DNA from: Octopus sinensis
Taxonomy: Eukaryota
DNA length: 64,000 nt
Assembly: GCF_006345805.1 (NCBI RefSeq)
Contig: NC_042998.1
Span: 136,834,001-136,898,000, forward strand
Direction of reading: 5' to 3'
The position numbers and the translations under genes were made by a program. Positions within the stretch are counted from its first letter, which is position 1. Every line of letters starts with the position of its first letter. Of the stretch, positions 1-13,140 are shown in pieces. The notes under the pieces were generated by a model. It worked only from the letters and a program-made list of their open reading frames with translations. It did not search any database and had not been told where the DNA came from.

Positions 1-180
1 TTTGAGGGATGGCCCAAGTATCAACTGGAATTTTATTTTATCGATTCCAAAAAGACAAAAATGAAAGACAAAAAGCGAAATTTGAATTTTAACTTGGAAT
101 GAAAAAAAAATGAAAGTACCGAGTGGTATTTTAACCAATATTGTACTGAGTTTGCAAACTGGCTGCGTTCAGCCGTTATA
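1..180 (-). mobile_element. degenerate SINE fragment (family B)
   Basis: Resembles the reverse complement of the SINE at 12735-12945 (aactgg..ttttatcga..atgaaag..aaatttgaa). Confidence 0.45.
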
Positions 181-1612
181 TTATTAGAAAAGAGTAATGT
201 TTTCTCGCGCAAAGAATATCTGATCATGTGCCTCACTATTCCGAAATTTATGCTTGCAGTCGGTCATATAAATCCTACCTACATATTACTTCGAGATTGT
301 GACTATGTGCAAATCAACCATTAAAATTAGCTTTTCTAAATTTCCGTTTCAGTGATTTTGAGTTATAAAAGAGTTTATAGAGGTATAAAAGAGTTTATAA
401 AAGAGTTTATTTTGAAATGCAATTTTATCTCACTTGTCAGCTAAGTGTCCTAGCTGAAATTTTCTCTGAAAAAATTATTTCTTTACTAATTGATGAAGAA
501 GTTTAAGATAAATAGTCTATGCTTCTAGGAAACAGAAGGTTATGGCGATGTTATTTCCTCATGAAATCGGACTGTTATGAACTGTAAGTAGGATTTTCAA
601 ATTATTTGTGACATACGGCTGACAACTTTATTAACCGGAGGAAATAGCATTAATAAATCCAGTTTATTATCACAATGAAATGTATTCTATAGATTGTATC
701 TGATCAATGTTGTCTCTACTAGAAGACAGTTAAATCTTTTGTTTAACTAGGACAAATGTTGAAGAAATTGATATCATTACTTTCTTGGAAACCAAGCTGT
801 GGCTTTATAGACGTGAGAAATAGAACTCAAAACATGAAGTAAAGTATTTATATTTTCATTAACCGGGAAGCTAGTTTTGTATCAATGTACGTACGTACAT
901 ACATACATATAAACATACATACATAGATACATACATTCACATGCATAACAACACTCAACAAAGAACACGATAAAAAAATTCTATTAGCTTAACGCTGAAT
1001 GTAAAAACGAAAGATATGTTTGACGTTTCGGGATTAAAATGTGCTTCGTCGGAAATAAAAACACACAAAGACGGAGAAAGAGGAGAGAAAGCAGGAGAAA
1101 AAAACGAGAGAAAGCAGAAGAAAAAAAAAGACAGAAAGAAAATGGAAACGAGAATAAAAAAAGATTTGCCCTATTTTTAAAGATATTTTTTATTTTTACT
1201 ATTTTTATTTTTAAAAGTAAAGCCAATATATTAACATGTTGGTGTGTATATATTTCGTACGTGCATTTATGATTATTTTACATAGGCAGGTGCACGTGTG
1301 TATGTTTTGTAAGCATTTGTGTGTATATTTGTACGTATGTGTTTAGTATGTGTGTGCTGATTGCTTGTATGTGGTTGATGTTATATAGAAATCTCAAATG
1401 GGGCACTGCATATTTTTCTATTTCCCTTATCCCTCTTATCCATTTTTCTTCCCTTTCATAAACTTGGATCCTCTTTTGCTTCTTCCTTTGATGCATTTAT
1501 TTTCATTCTAAACTACTTTGCTTGTTTGACTTACGCTTGATTGACTCTGTGTACTATTTACTTGTTTGTCTCCTCTTTACCTAGTTATCTTACTCGTGCT
1601 TTTCTACTAATA

Positions 1613-1700
<88 letters not shown>

Positions 1701-1746
1701 CATGTATGTATGTATATATATATATATACATATACATACATATATA

Positions 1747-1793
<47 letters not shown>

Positions 1794-2000
1794 TTGTAGT
1801 AGATAAATGAATTATCTTATTACGGATAATTCACATGATAACCGATACCTGGGTAGCAAATATCACAACAGAAAAAACACGGTTGAAGTTACGACCATGG
1901 GGCATAAAAACCGTGCCTTAGTGCGGAAATTTGAAGTTTTATATATTAAGTGTAGGAAGAAATGGAGCTGAACGAAGATTTAACAAAATTCCTTTATATT

Positions 2001-2086
2001 ATTTTCTACATATGTTTCGAAGGCTGCAAAGTCCCTAATTCGGATTGAATAAGGAGTCCATTTTGCAGCTTTCTCTTCAGGAAAAT
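2001..2086 (-). ncRNA. type I hammerhead ribozyme
   Basis: Minus strand: AUUUUC-CUGAAGA-[GAAAGCUGCAAA...UUUGCAGCCUUC]-GAAA-CAUAUG-UA-GAAAAU. Stem I, core, long stem II, palindromic stem III and GUA cleavage triplet are all present. Confidence 0.85.
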
Positions 2087-2812
2087 CCAGGAACTTAATT
2101 CTCCAACAAAATGCACAACAAGCTTTTCGACAAACGCTCATGAGGAGCCCATGAAATAAATGACACAAACTGTCTATCTATATGCGTTGACGCCAGACTG
2201 GGTGAAATCAGAAGAGATTGTCCGTTGAGATAGTTCAAGGTCAGAATCCGGTTGGCAGAAGGGGGTACAGGAAAATCAAAGAGTGTGAATGTATTCTGTA
2301 TGACTGGTGTTTATATTTGAATTATTTTAAGAATGAGTGTTAGAGTGTTTGAGTGTGAGAAAATGCTTTAATGTATGTGTGTGTGCGTCTATGTATGTGT
2401 GACAGTGTGTTTCGAAGGCAGAAAGAGAGAGAGATATAGCAGGTATTAATGGTCAAGAAATACCTGCTATATCTCTCTCTCTTTCTGCCTTCGAAACACA
2501 CTGTCACACATACATAGACGCACACACACATACATTAAAGCATTTTCTCACGCTCAAACACTCTAACACTCATTCTTAAAATAATTCAAATATAAACACC
2601 AGTCATACAGAATACATTCACACTCTTTGATTTTCCTGTACCCCCCTTCTGCCAACCGGATTCTGACCTTGAACTATCTCAACGGACAATCTCTTCTGAT
2701 TTCACCCAGTCTGAAATATAGATAGACAGTTTGTGTCATTTATTTCATGGGTTCCTCGTGAGCGTTTGTCGAAAAGCTTGTTGTGCATTTTGTTGGAGAA
2801 TTAAGTTCCTGG

Positions 2813-2898
2813 ATTTTCCTGAAGAGAAAGCTGCAAAATGGACTCCTTATTCAATCCGAATTAGGGACTTTGCAGCCTTCGAAGCATATGTAGAAAAT
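2813..2898 (+). ncRNA. type I hammerhead ribozyme, core variant (GAAG instead of GAAA)
   Basis: Inverted copy of 2001-2086 reading ...ccttc GAAG catatg ta gaaaat; probably impaired. Confidence 0.7.
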
Positions 2899-3269
2899 AA
2901 TATAAAGGAATTTTATTAAATCTTCGTTCAGCTCCATTTCTTCCTACACTATATATATATGACTGTACTGGAGTATGGTGTGCGTTGTTAATAACAGGTG
3001 CCTTCAGTTTATTTTAAATTCTTAGATAAACCTATTTTAAATACCAATGAATCAATTTGGTCCCTAATACGTTTTAGAAAGACAAAATTTTCAAAATAAC
3101 TGCGATTTCATATAATAGTACCTTCCTATCCTTCATTCACTTTCGAGAGTGATCTTTTGTGTCACACTCGAAACTATAGAATGGAATCGAAGATTATGTA
3201 ATTTATGTTCTAATACAATAGAACCTACCTACCTACCTACCTACCTGTCATCATTTGTATCAGGTTTCA

Positions 3270-3672
3270 GTGGCTGTGTGGTAAGTAGCTTGCTAACTAA
3301 CCACATGGTTCCGGGTTCAATCCCACTGCGTGGCATCTTGGGCAAGTGTCTTCTGCTATAGCCCCGGGCCGACCAATGCCTTGTGGGTGGATTTGGTAGA
3401 CGGAAACTGAAAGAAGCCTGTCGTATATATGTATATATATGTATATGTGTATGTGTATGTGTGTGTTGTGTGTGTGTGTGTTTGTCCCTCTAGCATTGCT
3501 TGACAACCGATGCTGGTGTGTTTACGTCCCCATAACTTAGCGGTTCGGCAAAAGAGACCGATAGAATAAGTACTGGGCTTACAAAGGATAAGTCCCGGGG
3601 TCGATTTGATCGACTAAAGGCGGTGCTCCAGCATGGCCGCAGTCAAATGACTGAAACAAATAAGAGAGTAAA
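3270..3672 (+). mobile_element. tRNA-derived SINE family A, near full length
   Basis: A-box-like gtggctgtgtggtaag, B-box-like gggttcaatccc, internal TA/TG tract, 3' tail ggcggtgctccagcatggccgcagtcaaatgactgaaac; many other copies in the window. Confidence 0.85.
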
Positions 3673-3939
3673 GTGGAACAGAACTGAGCACGCAAAATTT
3701 ACAGTATTCGTAAGACAATTGACAGATAAACGATGGAATGAAATTGATAAAATAAGCTATATACATAAGCTATATGCATTTATGTTATTTATATTATTCA
3801 TAAAACTATTTTAAACTGTTATACAAAATCGTACATACAAACGTATATACATACATACACATACACATATATGTGTGTGTGTACATATGTATATATATTT
3901 ACGTATATATACATTTATTTATGTATGTATGCTTGCATG

Positions 3940-3996
<57 letters not shown>

Positions 3997-4069
3997 AACA
4001 AAAGACGAAGACAGATGTAGGAACAACAAGCAGGTGTATTTGTTTAACGCTTGGGAAGAATGGAAAAGT

Positions 4070-4105
4070 CTTTTACGTTTCGAGCCTATATTCTTCGACA
4101 GAAAG
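4070..4105 (-). ncRNA. degenerate minimal hammerhead-like motif in the Penelope pLTR
   Basis: Minus strand: CUUU-CUGUCGAAGA-AUAUAGGCUC-GAAA-CG-UA-AAAG; non-canonical core. Confidence 0.45.
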
Positions 4106-6349
4106 GATTAAGAGGGGGAAAAGGATGAAAAAAAAAGCGGAGAGATAAAGAAAAATGTTTGTAGGGATTAACGGCTCAACATGACGTTACAGCCAGAAGA
4201 AGACTGAATGAAAGAGAGATAATTACGGTCGAACGAATTCTATTCTCACGCATGTGTGTATGTCAGAAAAGTGTGTGTGAGTGTGTGAATATGTATGTGT
4301 AGGCGAGCAGAAACATAGTAGACCTGAGTGTGTGTGTATATATGTATGTGACACAGTTCGTACATTATGTGAAGTGATGTGCGTTCTGTGTATTTGTGTG
4401 TGTGTATGGACATATGTATACGTGTGAGTGTGAATATGGACATGTGTGTGTGTGAAAACGCATGTGTTTAGTAGTTGATATGTACTTATTCAGGTTGTGT
4501 ATGCACGTGTGTTTGCATGTGTGACCATATAGTGTACATGTGTATAGTGTATGCTTGTGGGCGAAAGTATCTGCCTATGCGTGTTGTATTTGTTAATGCG
4601 TGTTGTGTGTGTTTATGCGTGTCGCGTGTGAGTGTGTACATATTGTCTGTGTTCAGGCATTATATGCTTGTGTGTGTGTGAGATTGTACATGATGATGTG
4701 TGGTATGTATACTGAGTTGAACAGTGTGTAGGGATGCTCGTATAGTGGTTTGTGTGGTGACGCTATTGAAGCGTGTGTGTGTGGGTGTGTGGAAGTGTGG
4801 AAAATGGTGTGTAATGTGTATGCTGAGAAGTGTTGGGTGCTTATGTGTGTGGAGTGAAAAGGTGTTTGTGGGTGTGGGTGTAATGGTGTATGACGCGTGT
4901 AATGAGTTGAACAATATGTATGGGTGCTTTTTTAGTGGTATGTGTATGGTGAGGGTACTGAAGTAGGTGATATGCAGGTGTGTAGGTGAGGGGAGGGACA
5001 GGTGCATGTGGGAAGTGTGAGGAATCTATGTGAGGTGTGTCAGATTAAAAGAAGTTTCAAGTTGAGCTCACAAGTCGCAAACGAACGAAAGAAGATTAAT
5101 TACAGTTCACCACGAAGGCGAGGGTCCAGGTGGCTCCTGTGCAGAGATAGTCTGAACACAAATAGATGTTGTAAAGCGGAAATGACGTGAGACCAGGGTG
5201 TCATTGCTGTGTCTGATTTCTCGGAGGTGCTCCGCGAACCGGCCAGCCAAGCGGCATCCCGATTGACCAATGTACAGGGAAGGACAGACAGAGTAGGAGA
5301 TGCAGTAAATAACGTTACTGGAGGTGCAAGTAAAGGAATCGGTGATGTGATTGGGACAGTGGTGAGTGCCAGTGAGGATAGTGGTGATGGAGAGGTATGG
5401 CAGGTGCGACTGCGTGAGCGAGAACAGAGAAAGGAGCCAGGCTGGGAGGCGGGAGTAGGGAAGAAACCGTGGACCAGGTGGCTACGTAGGTTATGGGCTC
5501 GTTTGAAAGAGGGAAGAGGTGGGTTAGGGAAGATGTGCGAGGTGGAGCGTCAGACTGGAGTTACCGGAAAGCTCGGAGAACTGTGCGTTGGAGGGAAAGG
5601 GTGGAGGGGCAGTAGATGAGGAGAAACGGGAAACGGGTAAGGGTGAGACGGGTTCGAGGAAAAAGAGCAGAGGCATGGTCCACAGATCATGGCCGTTCAA
5701 GGGCAGCGTGGATAATGGTGAGGAGATATCCAAGTAAGGTGAAGTGACGAGCCATGAGTTGAGACTGGGTCTCAAAGTCATGGTCGTCACTGCAGAAACT
5801 GCGTAGACGGAGGAATTGGAAGTAGGGGATGGAGGGCTTAGTGTGGATAGGGTGGGAGGATGAGAAATTAAGGTAGGAGTGTGAGGCTATGTGTTTGTAG
5901 TGAATGAAAGTGTTGACAGCGGAGTGGTGTATGTTGAGAAATTCGACGGAAGAGTTAGAGACAGTGCAGGAGAATTCGAGGGCAGGATGAAAGGATTAGA
6001 CAAAGGAGAGGGAGGAATCAAAATGTTTGCGGGAGAGTGAGGTTGCACCGATACAGTCATCGATAAAACGACCGTGTAGTTCAGGAGTGGGACTAGTGAA
6101 CTGTGAGATTATTTGGGTTTCAACATAACCAACAAACAGGTTCGCATTATTGGGGTCCATTCTCGTTCCCATGGCCACTCCCGAGAATGTTGGTAAAATT
6201 CCTCCACAATCGAGAAGCAGTTGAGGGAAAGGACAAGTTCGGCCGAACGAAGAAGGGTGGAGGTGTTAGGCTGCGGGTCGGGTCGAAGGTCAAGGAAGTG
6301 TTTTAGCGCAAGAAGGCCTTTGTTGTGCAGGATCACCGTGTACACATAT

Positions 6350-6586
6350 TTTTTATTTTTTTATTGCTCACAAGGGGCTAAACATAGAGGGGACAAACAA
6401 GGACAGACAAAAGGATTAAGTCGAGTGCATCGACCCCAGTGCGTAACTGGTACTTATTTTATCGACCCCGAACGGATGAAAGGTAAATTCGACCTCAGCG
6501 AAATTTGAACTGAAAAAGTAATAAGAGACGAAATACCGTTAAGCATGTCACTCGGGGTGCTAACGTTTCTGCCAGCTCGCCGCCTT
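6350..6586 (-). mobile_element. tRNA-derived SINE family B
   Basis: Reverse complement reads ggcggcgagctggcagaaacgttagcacc...ttcaaatttcgctgaggtcga...ggggtcgataaaataagtaccagttacgcactgggg; it splits the Penelope RT frame. Confidence 0.85.
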
Positions 6587-6768
6587 CCAATGTCGAAAGG
6601 GAACAGAAGTTGAGAGGAACCAGGGGAGGAGAAAGAGTGAAACAGGCGGAGAGCATGATTAGTGTCGTCGATGTGTGTGTGTAATAAAATTTAGGAGAAG
6701 TAACAGATAAGAAATATTTTTATTCCATATGTTTACAAATGTTTTGTAATGCTTATTCAATACATGTA

Positions 6769-6862
<94 letters not shown>

Positions 6863-6879
6863 ATACATTTACATACATA

Positions 6880-8205
6880 CATTCCTCATATAAAGAGCCT
6901 GCCACCTAATTGCTGCCATGGAGAGACTCGTAAAGACCTGGACAACAATTCTTACACGTAAAACTGAGAGTGTAATGATCTTCTTTAATGTTATAAGTAT
7001 TTCAAAGGAGTATTACAAAGAAATAGTTTTTTTTTCTGTAATTCTTTTCATTTTGACCTTAAATGCATTATCATTCCTGCTATAAAAACCAAATGGCTAC
7101 ACGCTAGAGTCTGCAACTACAAGATATATTAATGTAGCCCATAATTTCTTTGTAAACGACCTCGAGGTTTATTGCTGATAATGCTAGCAATGCCTACCCC
7201 GCCACTAAAAACAAAAACAAACAGCTAGAATTAGTAACAGCATTCTCAGCTGACACAGGAATGGAACTTGGCCAAAATAAATGTTCATACTTTATTCCTG
7301 AGAAATCAGTCTCCTCGATCCCCAAATCATGCATCAATGGTCTTACTATCTCTTCTGTCCCGCACAAAGAATGTTGTAAATACCTAGGCATTGATGAATG
7401 CATATCATACGAAGGTAATGTGAATAAAGATAGTCACCCGAGAATATTTTACCAGATTAAAAAAAATATAGCAACCAGACCTCTCCTCTTACTACAAGAC
7501 ATCTCACAATGCTTTTTCAATACCAGTGCTGATTCTAACATTTGAGATACTTGACTGGTTGGTAGAGTAAATCCACTCCACAGACGTTAAAACCTGCAAG
7601 ATCCTGATACCAGCAGGAAATCTCTTCAGAAATAGTGATATCGACAGTCTCTGGGAAGAGACGAAGGAGGCAGAGGCTTGAGATCAGTGCAGACTGCCTT
7701 CGAAAGTCGCATGGTCTCTTTTAGACAGGATTAGTGCTGAAAGGGAAGAGAACAACATCATATGTATTGACAGTGAGCTCTTCAAGAAGCATTATCTTCC
7801 TGATGACCTCCCATTCAACTCTAAAACAGCCTGACTGACAAATCTCAAAGAAGACCTGGATGTCAAACGCTCAACATTTAAAAAAAAAACTTTAAAAAAG
7901 GAACTATACATAGGTATGTTTCCTGTAGAGTTGAAGAAGACAGTAATGTCGACATAAAGCGTAGCCTTTCTTGGGGCCGTGAAAGTTACATCACATCACA
8001 CTTCAAATGATAGGCATTTACGATTCAAGGAGAGGAGATTGATATAGAATACCTAATACACAAAAGAGAAAGTGAAGCCCTTGGAGCTCCAAGGTACAAC
8101 CGAAAATGTAGATTATATCACACGTGATTAGCAGCTGCCAGAAAAAGATCAACGAGATACTACCTTCCTATGCGACATGACGTTGTCGCAAAAAAAGTAT
8201 ACTTA
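6880..8205 (+). mobile_element. decayed RLE-type (R4/Dong/NeSL-like) non-LTR retrotransposon
   Basis: Fragmented motifs in the expected order: KGVLQRNSF (~7004), HNFFVNDL (~7140), CKYLG (~7375), GGRGL (~7666), KCRL..HVISSC (~8104-8137), YYLPMRHDVVAK (~8158). Confidence 0.7.
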
Positions 8206-8209
8206 GCGC

Positions 8210-8505
8210 CGGCGTGGCTGCTTATCAACCACGTGCTCCTGGTTCAGTTCCATGCGTGGCACTGGGGAAATGTCTCAATTATAGCTTCGGGCAGACCAAA
8301 GCCTTGTGAGTGGAGTTGGTAGACGGAAACTGAAAGAAGCCCATCGTGTAAGTGTGTGTGTGTGTATATGTGTATGTGTGTGTTTGTTCCTACCTCCGTC
8401 TGACAACCGGTTTTGGTGTGTTTATGTCCATATAACTTAGCGTTTCGGCAAAAACACCGATAGAATAAGTACCAGGCTTTAAAAAATAACCTCTGAGGTC
8501 GAGTC
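8210..8505 (+). mobile_element. SINE family A
   Basis: Homologous to 3270-3672 (agaccaaagccttgtgagtgga..ggtagacggaaactgaaagaagccc). Confidence 0.8.
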
Positions 8506-9889
8506 ACTCATAGATACGTACATACATACATACATACATACATGCATGCATACATATATACATACATACATACAAACAGAATATCTTTGAGACTCTTGTG
8601 ATAAGGTTGGGATTGAGGTTCAAGGTACCACAGCTTTTTACGCGCGCGCACGCACACACACAAATACACGCACGTGAGTACGTATGTACGTGCATATATA
8701 TATATAAATACATAAAAATACACGTACACACATATACCCGATGAACATATAATGAATTTCTCACAAGAAATTTATAAACTCGAAGCTATAGCGGAAGACT
8801 TTTATCCATAATGCAATGCCGTAGAACTGAACCCAGGGCCAGCTGATTACGAAGCGAACATTTAAAGATTCCACCAAGCCTTTTTTTTTTTTTCAGCATC
8901 CACATCTCTGTAGGACTCTACCTTATTTCGTTTAATGTGGCTATGGATTTAAAACAAATCATACGAAATTTCTTTGATATGGAAATAAGAATGTAATGCA
9001 TCGTATTATGTTACCAAAACTTTACCAACGAATCCGTACAATATTATGAATAAATTATATCTTCGATTTCGTTCCATAGTCAAGATTATTTACACTTGTG
9101 GTAGAGTGAAAATTAATAGGTAACAGCACACAGGGTAGAAACGTTGACAAGTAAATTGCAAGAAAATATAGCTTTCAGAGATGTTGCCTATATATTTCAT
9201 GGTTCTCTTATAAACTTCCAACCATCATACAGTCTTCAAAAATAACTATAGAATTTCCACAAGTACTACTAGTTCTCAATGTACCTGACTTAACCTATTT
9301 TCTACAACTTTTTCTCTTCATTTATTAACGACCGCATATTTCCTTTCATATTTTCCAAGACAATATCAAAGCATATGCATTGAATATATTACTAATACAG
9401 GTATATTTTTGCTTTAACTGAAATACATTCCAAAACGAATTTATTCCTATGTGTTATTTCGTTTTTGTTTTCCTTTGTATTGATATTTTCCCGTTAAGCA
9501 CAGAATTCTAATCTGATCAAATAATGTGTGAAAATATTGAATTTTCTATTACTGTGCAGAATTGGCATTGTGTGAATAAAGTATAAGGGGGCAGATTTCA
9601 CACAACTTATAATTGAGAAAATTCCGCTCGCATTTCATTGTGTTATATTTGGTTCACCAAACCAAGTGTCATTCTTAGCTATAACTTTTGTAATCTCTCC
9701 CATACACATGCAGACAAAAGCAAGGCATATACTTTTACATCTGTATGCGTGTGTATGTATGGGAGTGGGTATAGATGTCATATACGTGCATACGTACATA
9801 CATATAATGATATTGCTTTTCAGCTATAATAAAATGATATAAACACTCTACGCATTAAGTTCTATTTTTCCCTTTTGTATTAAACGATC

Positions 9890-9959
9890 ACACACCAGCA
9901 CGCACTCACTCACGCACACACACGCACACACACACGCGCGCACTCACACACACACACAA

Positions 9960-9991
<32 letters not shown>

Positions 9992-10040
9992 CACACACAC
10001 ACATACACACACACACACACAACACACACACATACACACA

Positions 10041-10079
<39 letters not shown>

Positions 10080-10203
10080 AAGAAACAGAACTTAATACAT
10101 AAAGTAGAGCGCTCATGTTATTTTATTGCAATTTAAAAGCACTATCAATGACTCAAGGCCCGACACTGTCACTGTCACATGAACGCACTTATCAATCTGA
10201 TAG

Positions 10204-10291
<88 letters not shown>

Positions 10292-10330
10292 GTGTGTGTG
10301 TATGCGTGTGTGTGTGTGCGTGCGTGTATG
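9890..10330. repeat. (CA)n and (ATCT)n microsatellites
   Basis: Directly visible. Confidence 0.95.
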
Positions 10331-10510
10331 TGTATATATTAATCGAAGCGTACAGTATTATATATGCAGGATGTGCGATCCTACCAATTGGCCTCGTACT
10401 AAGGGCTACTCTTCAAGCCAAGGATACCTTGGTTATATGCAGTTTACATTGTCGATAGGAGATGCCGTGTTCATATAACATATATAACTTCATATAATCA
10501 AGGAATCTTT

Positions 10511-10595
10511 GGCCTGAAGTGTAGCTTGCGGTCTACCTCTCGTTTGAATAATTTATTACTTCTATAGTTCCGCTAGCTATGAAGCATATGTAGCT
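10511..10595 (+). ncRNA. fossil hammerhead ribozyme
   Basis: GGC-CUGAAGU-[GUAGC.UGCGG...CCGCUAGCUAU]-GAAG-CAUAUG-UA-GCU; two core substitutions, just upstream of a (TA)n tract. Confidence 0.5.
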
Positions 10596-10628
10596 TGGGT
10601 CTTACCTACCCCATTCCTTAAATTTTGA

Positions 10629-10661
<33 letters not shown>

Positions 10662-10697
10662 ATAAACATATATATATATATGAATGCACGTACACAC

Positions 10698-10752
<55 letters not shown>

Positions 10753-11185
10753 GCACACTCACATATGCATAGGGGCATCTAAGTATCGCTTTCTATACTT
10801 ACACTTGCCCACATAACTCAAGTAAATACACTCTTTACAAAAGTGCATAAACACACGAACTCGCCTACACAGATACAATGCACGCATACAAGCATGAGCA
10901 CACACATACACACACATATAAATATAAAATAGAAGAAAATTAAAACGAATGAAATAAGTACTATTTACTTAAATATATGTATGTGTAAAATATAATCTAC
11001 AACATAGACACAGAACATAATGTACAATACATTAAAACATCTTACATATGATAGAGTAGATAATGTAAAAAATTTGAATATAATGTATTAATATCTTGTA
11101 ATAAATGAAAAAAAGAAACAAGAATGAAATAAAATGAGATAAATGAATGAAAGAAATAATGGAACAAAAGAATAAGTGTAATAAA

Positions 11186-11223
<38 letters not shown>

Positions 11224-11329
11224 GTATGTACAGAAATATACATATACACACACACACACACAAATTTATAGGCATGCTTATATCTACATGTACATGAGTA
11301 CGTATATATCTGTTTGTGCGTGCGTGTGC

Positions 11330-11440
<111 letters not shown>

Positions 11441-12121
11441 ATATATAATGTACTGTTCCGTGATATCAAAGAATATGAATCATAAAACACACACACACAT
11501 GCACACATGCACATATATATATATACATAATGTGTGTGTGTGTGTGTGTGTGTAAATAAGAAAAAAAATATTCAAAATAATAACTTAAAGTGAATTAAAC
11601 ATGAAAATCACAGAAACATTTATGTGAATACGAGTATTATATCAGTTTATGAGAACTTTTGAAGGTTATTTTGCTAAACATTTTTCTCTGACGTTTGATG
11701 TGTATAGATTCAAGTAGTTAACCTTTCGGTAACTGAAAGATTATAAAGATGTCGATTTTCATATAGGTTTGTATCGCAGTTCCAGTTAGGATCCTTTGTT
11801 TAATCATCCTTTTTGATGATGTCAATATTTTCCTACTAGGCAAAGCTGACATGTATTGGATGCATTTTCAATCAAGGCTTGACCAAATGTCTATGTATTT
11901 TTTTTCATTTTCGGTATTATTTATATTTGGTTTATAAAGTAGCTTGTCTTAACTTTAAGTATCGGAAGGAGTATATGTACATCGGTTCTTAAAAGAATTG
12001 GCTGCTAAGGTGGCCACTGCAGTTTTTTTCTATATTATCAGGTGACATAACTATAGTACGTCTTAGATCTCTCTGAGGATGGGAGTGCAAGAAAATTACA
12101 GAATGATTGATTACAGACACT

Positions 12122-12182
<61 letters not shown>

Positions 12183-12211
12183 TGTGTGTGTGTGTGTGTG
12201 GTGTGTATATA

Positions 12212-12995
12212 CTAGCTAAAAAGCCCCCCGATAGGGAGACTTATAAGCTAGTGTATAGCTTTTAAGCAACTGAACCTTATGGGAAGATCTGCAAACAGAT
12301 CTCTGACTTGTTTTGGAGAATTTGTTGCAATTGCTTCCTCCACAGTCATATACCAATGATGATAGTATTCGTCGCAAAAGAAATCACGTAAAAAATTCGC
12401 CACAAACAATTGCAGTAATGAAAACATAGGAAACCAAAAGTTAAGGATTGCAGGTCTGGATTCGGCCCGGAATGTTTTTAATTTACTCACGGAGTTAGCC
12501 TTTAGATTATAAAAATTGTTATCGTACAAGAAATTTGTCGCAAAATGTCACGTAAAAAGGTTGCCGAAAATAATCACAGTAACGAAAACTTGGGAATCCA
12601 AAATTTCAGGATTGGGTGTCCGGATTCGACCCGGTATGTTTTTAATTTACTCATGGAGTCAGCCTGATTCCAAAACGGACTCTAGGAATAAAGTTGAAAA
12701 AGTGTGACACGCTGACATTCATATTTATTATATCAGCTGGCAGAATCGGTGGCATGCGGGGCGAAATGCTTAGCGGTGTTTTGTCTGCCGTTAGGTTTTG
12801 AGTTCGAATTCAGCCGATATCAAGTTTGCCTTCCATCCTTTCGGGGTCGATAAAATTAGTACCAGTTACGTACAGGAGTCGATGTAATCGACTTAATCCC
12901 TTCCCCCAAACGTCGAGGCCTTGTGCTTCCAGTAGAAAGGATTTATTAAAGTTCAAAAAGTGTGACACTGACATACACATTTATTATACTAGATA
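12212..12995 (-). mobile_element. non-autonomous Helitron remnant
   Basis: Minus-strand 3' end ...ggggggctttttagCTAG|T at 12212. ORF 12248-12529 contains WYMTVEEAIATNSPKQVRDLFA, similar to WDATLGEAALSQSPKSLRALFA of the Helitron at ~40560. TCTAGTATAATAAATG 5'-type end at ~12993. Confidence 0.6.
12735..12945 (+). mobile_element. tRNA-derived SINE family B
   Basis: agctggcagaatcgg...gagttcgaattc...ccatcctttcggggtcgataaaattagtaccagttacg. Confidence 0.85.
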
Positions 12996-13032
12996 TGTTT
13001 AATTTCTGGGAAACTTTATTTCAATTAAAGTG

Positions 13033-13140
<108 letters not shown>

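Larger units (their letters stand above)
1790..2950. mobile_element. hammerhead-bearing foldback element family 1 (non-coding, retrozyme/Penelope pLTR-like) in (TA)n
   Basis: Inverted arms 1949-2447 and 2459-2950 with an 11-nt spacer. TA repeats flank both sides, and each arm has a hammerhead motif. Confidence 0.85.
4003..6675 (-). mobile_element. decayed Penelope-like retroelement (RT + GIY-YIG), interrupted by a SINE
   Basis: RT remnants: DTNHALRLF..LLFPFDI (6590-6670), YTVILHNKGLLALKHFLD, AMGTRMDPNNANLFVG, GRFIDD. GIY-YIG remnant SNVIYCISYSVCPSLYIGQSGCRLAGRFAEHLR at about 5221-5319. Frameshifts throughout; pLTR-like end at 4003-4245. Confidence 0.85.

Noticed and set aside
1980-2919. Twin 62-aa ORFs on opposite strands
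   Set aside because: A consequence of the palindrome; non-ATG start and overlap with the ribozyme structure.
3270-3340. tRNA genes at SINE heads
   Set aside because: Only A/B-box-like remnants; no complete cloverleaf seen, and each continues into a SINE body.
5209-5619. 136-aa plus-strand ORF
   Set aside because: Antisense shadow of the Penelope-like ORF.
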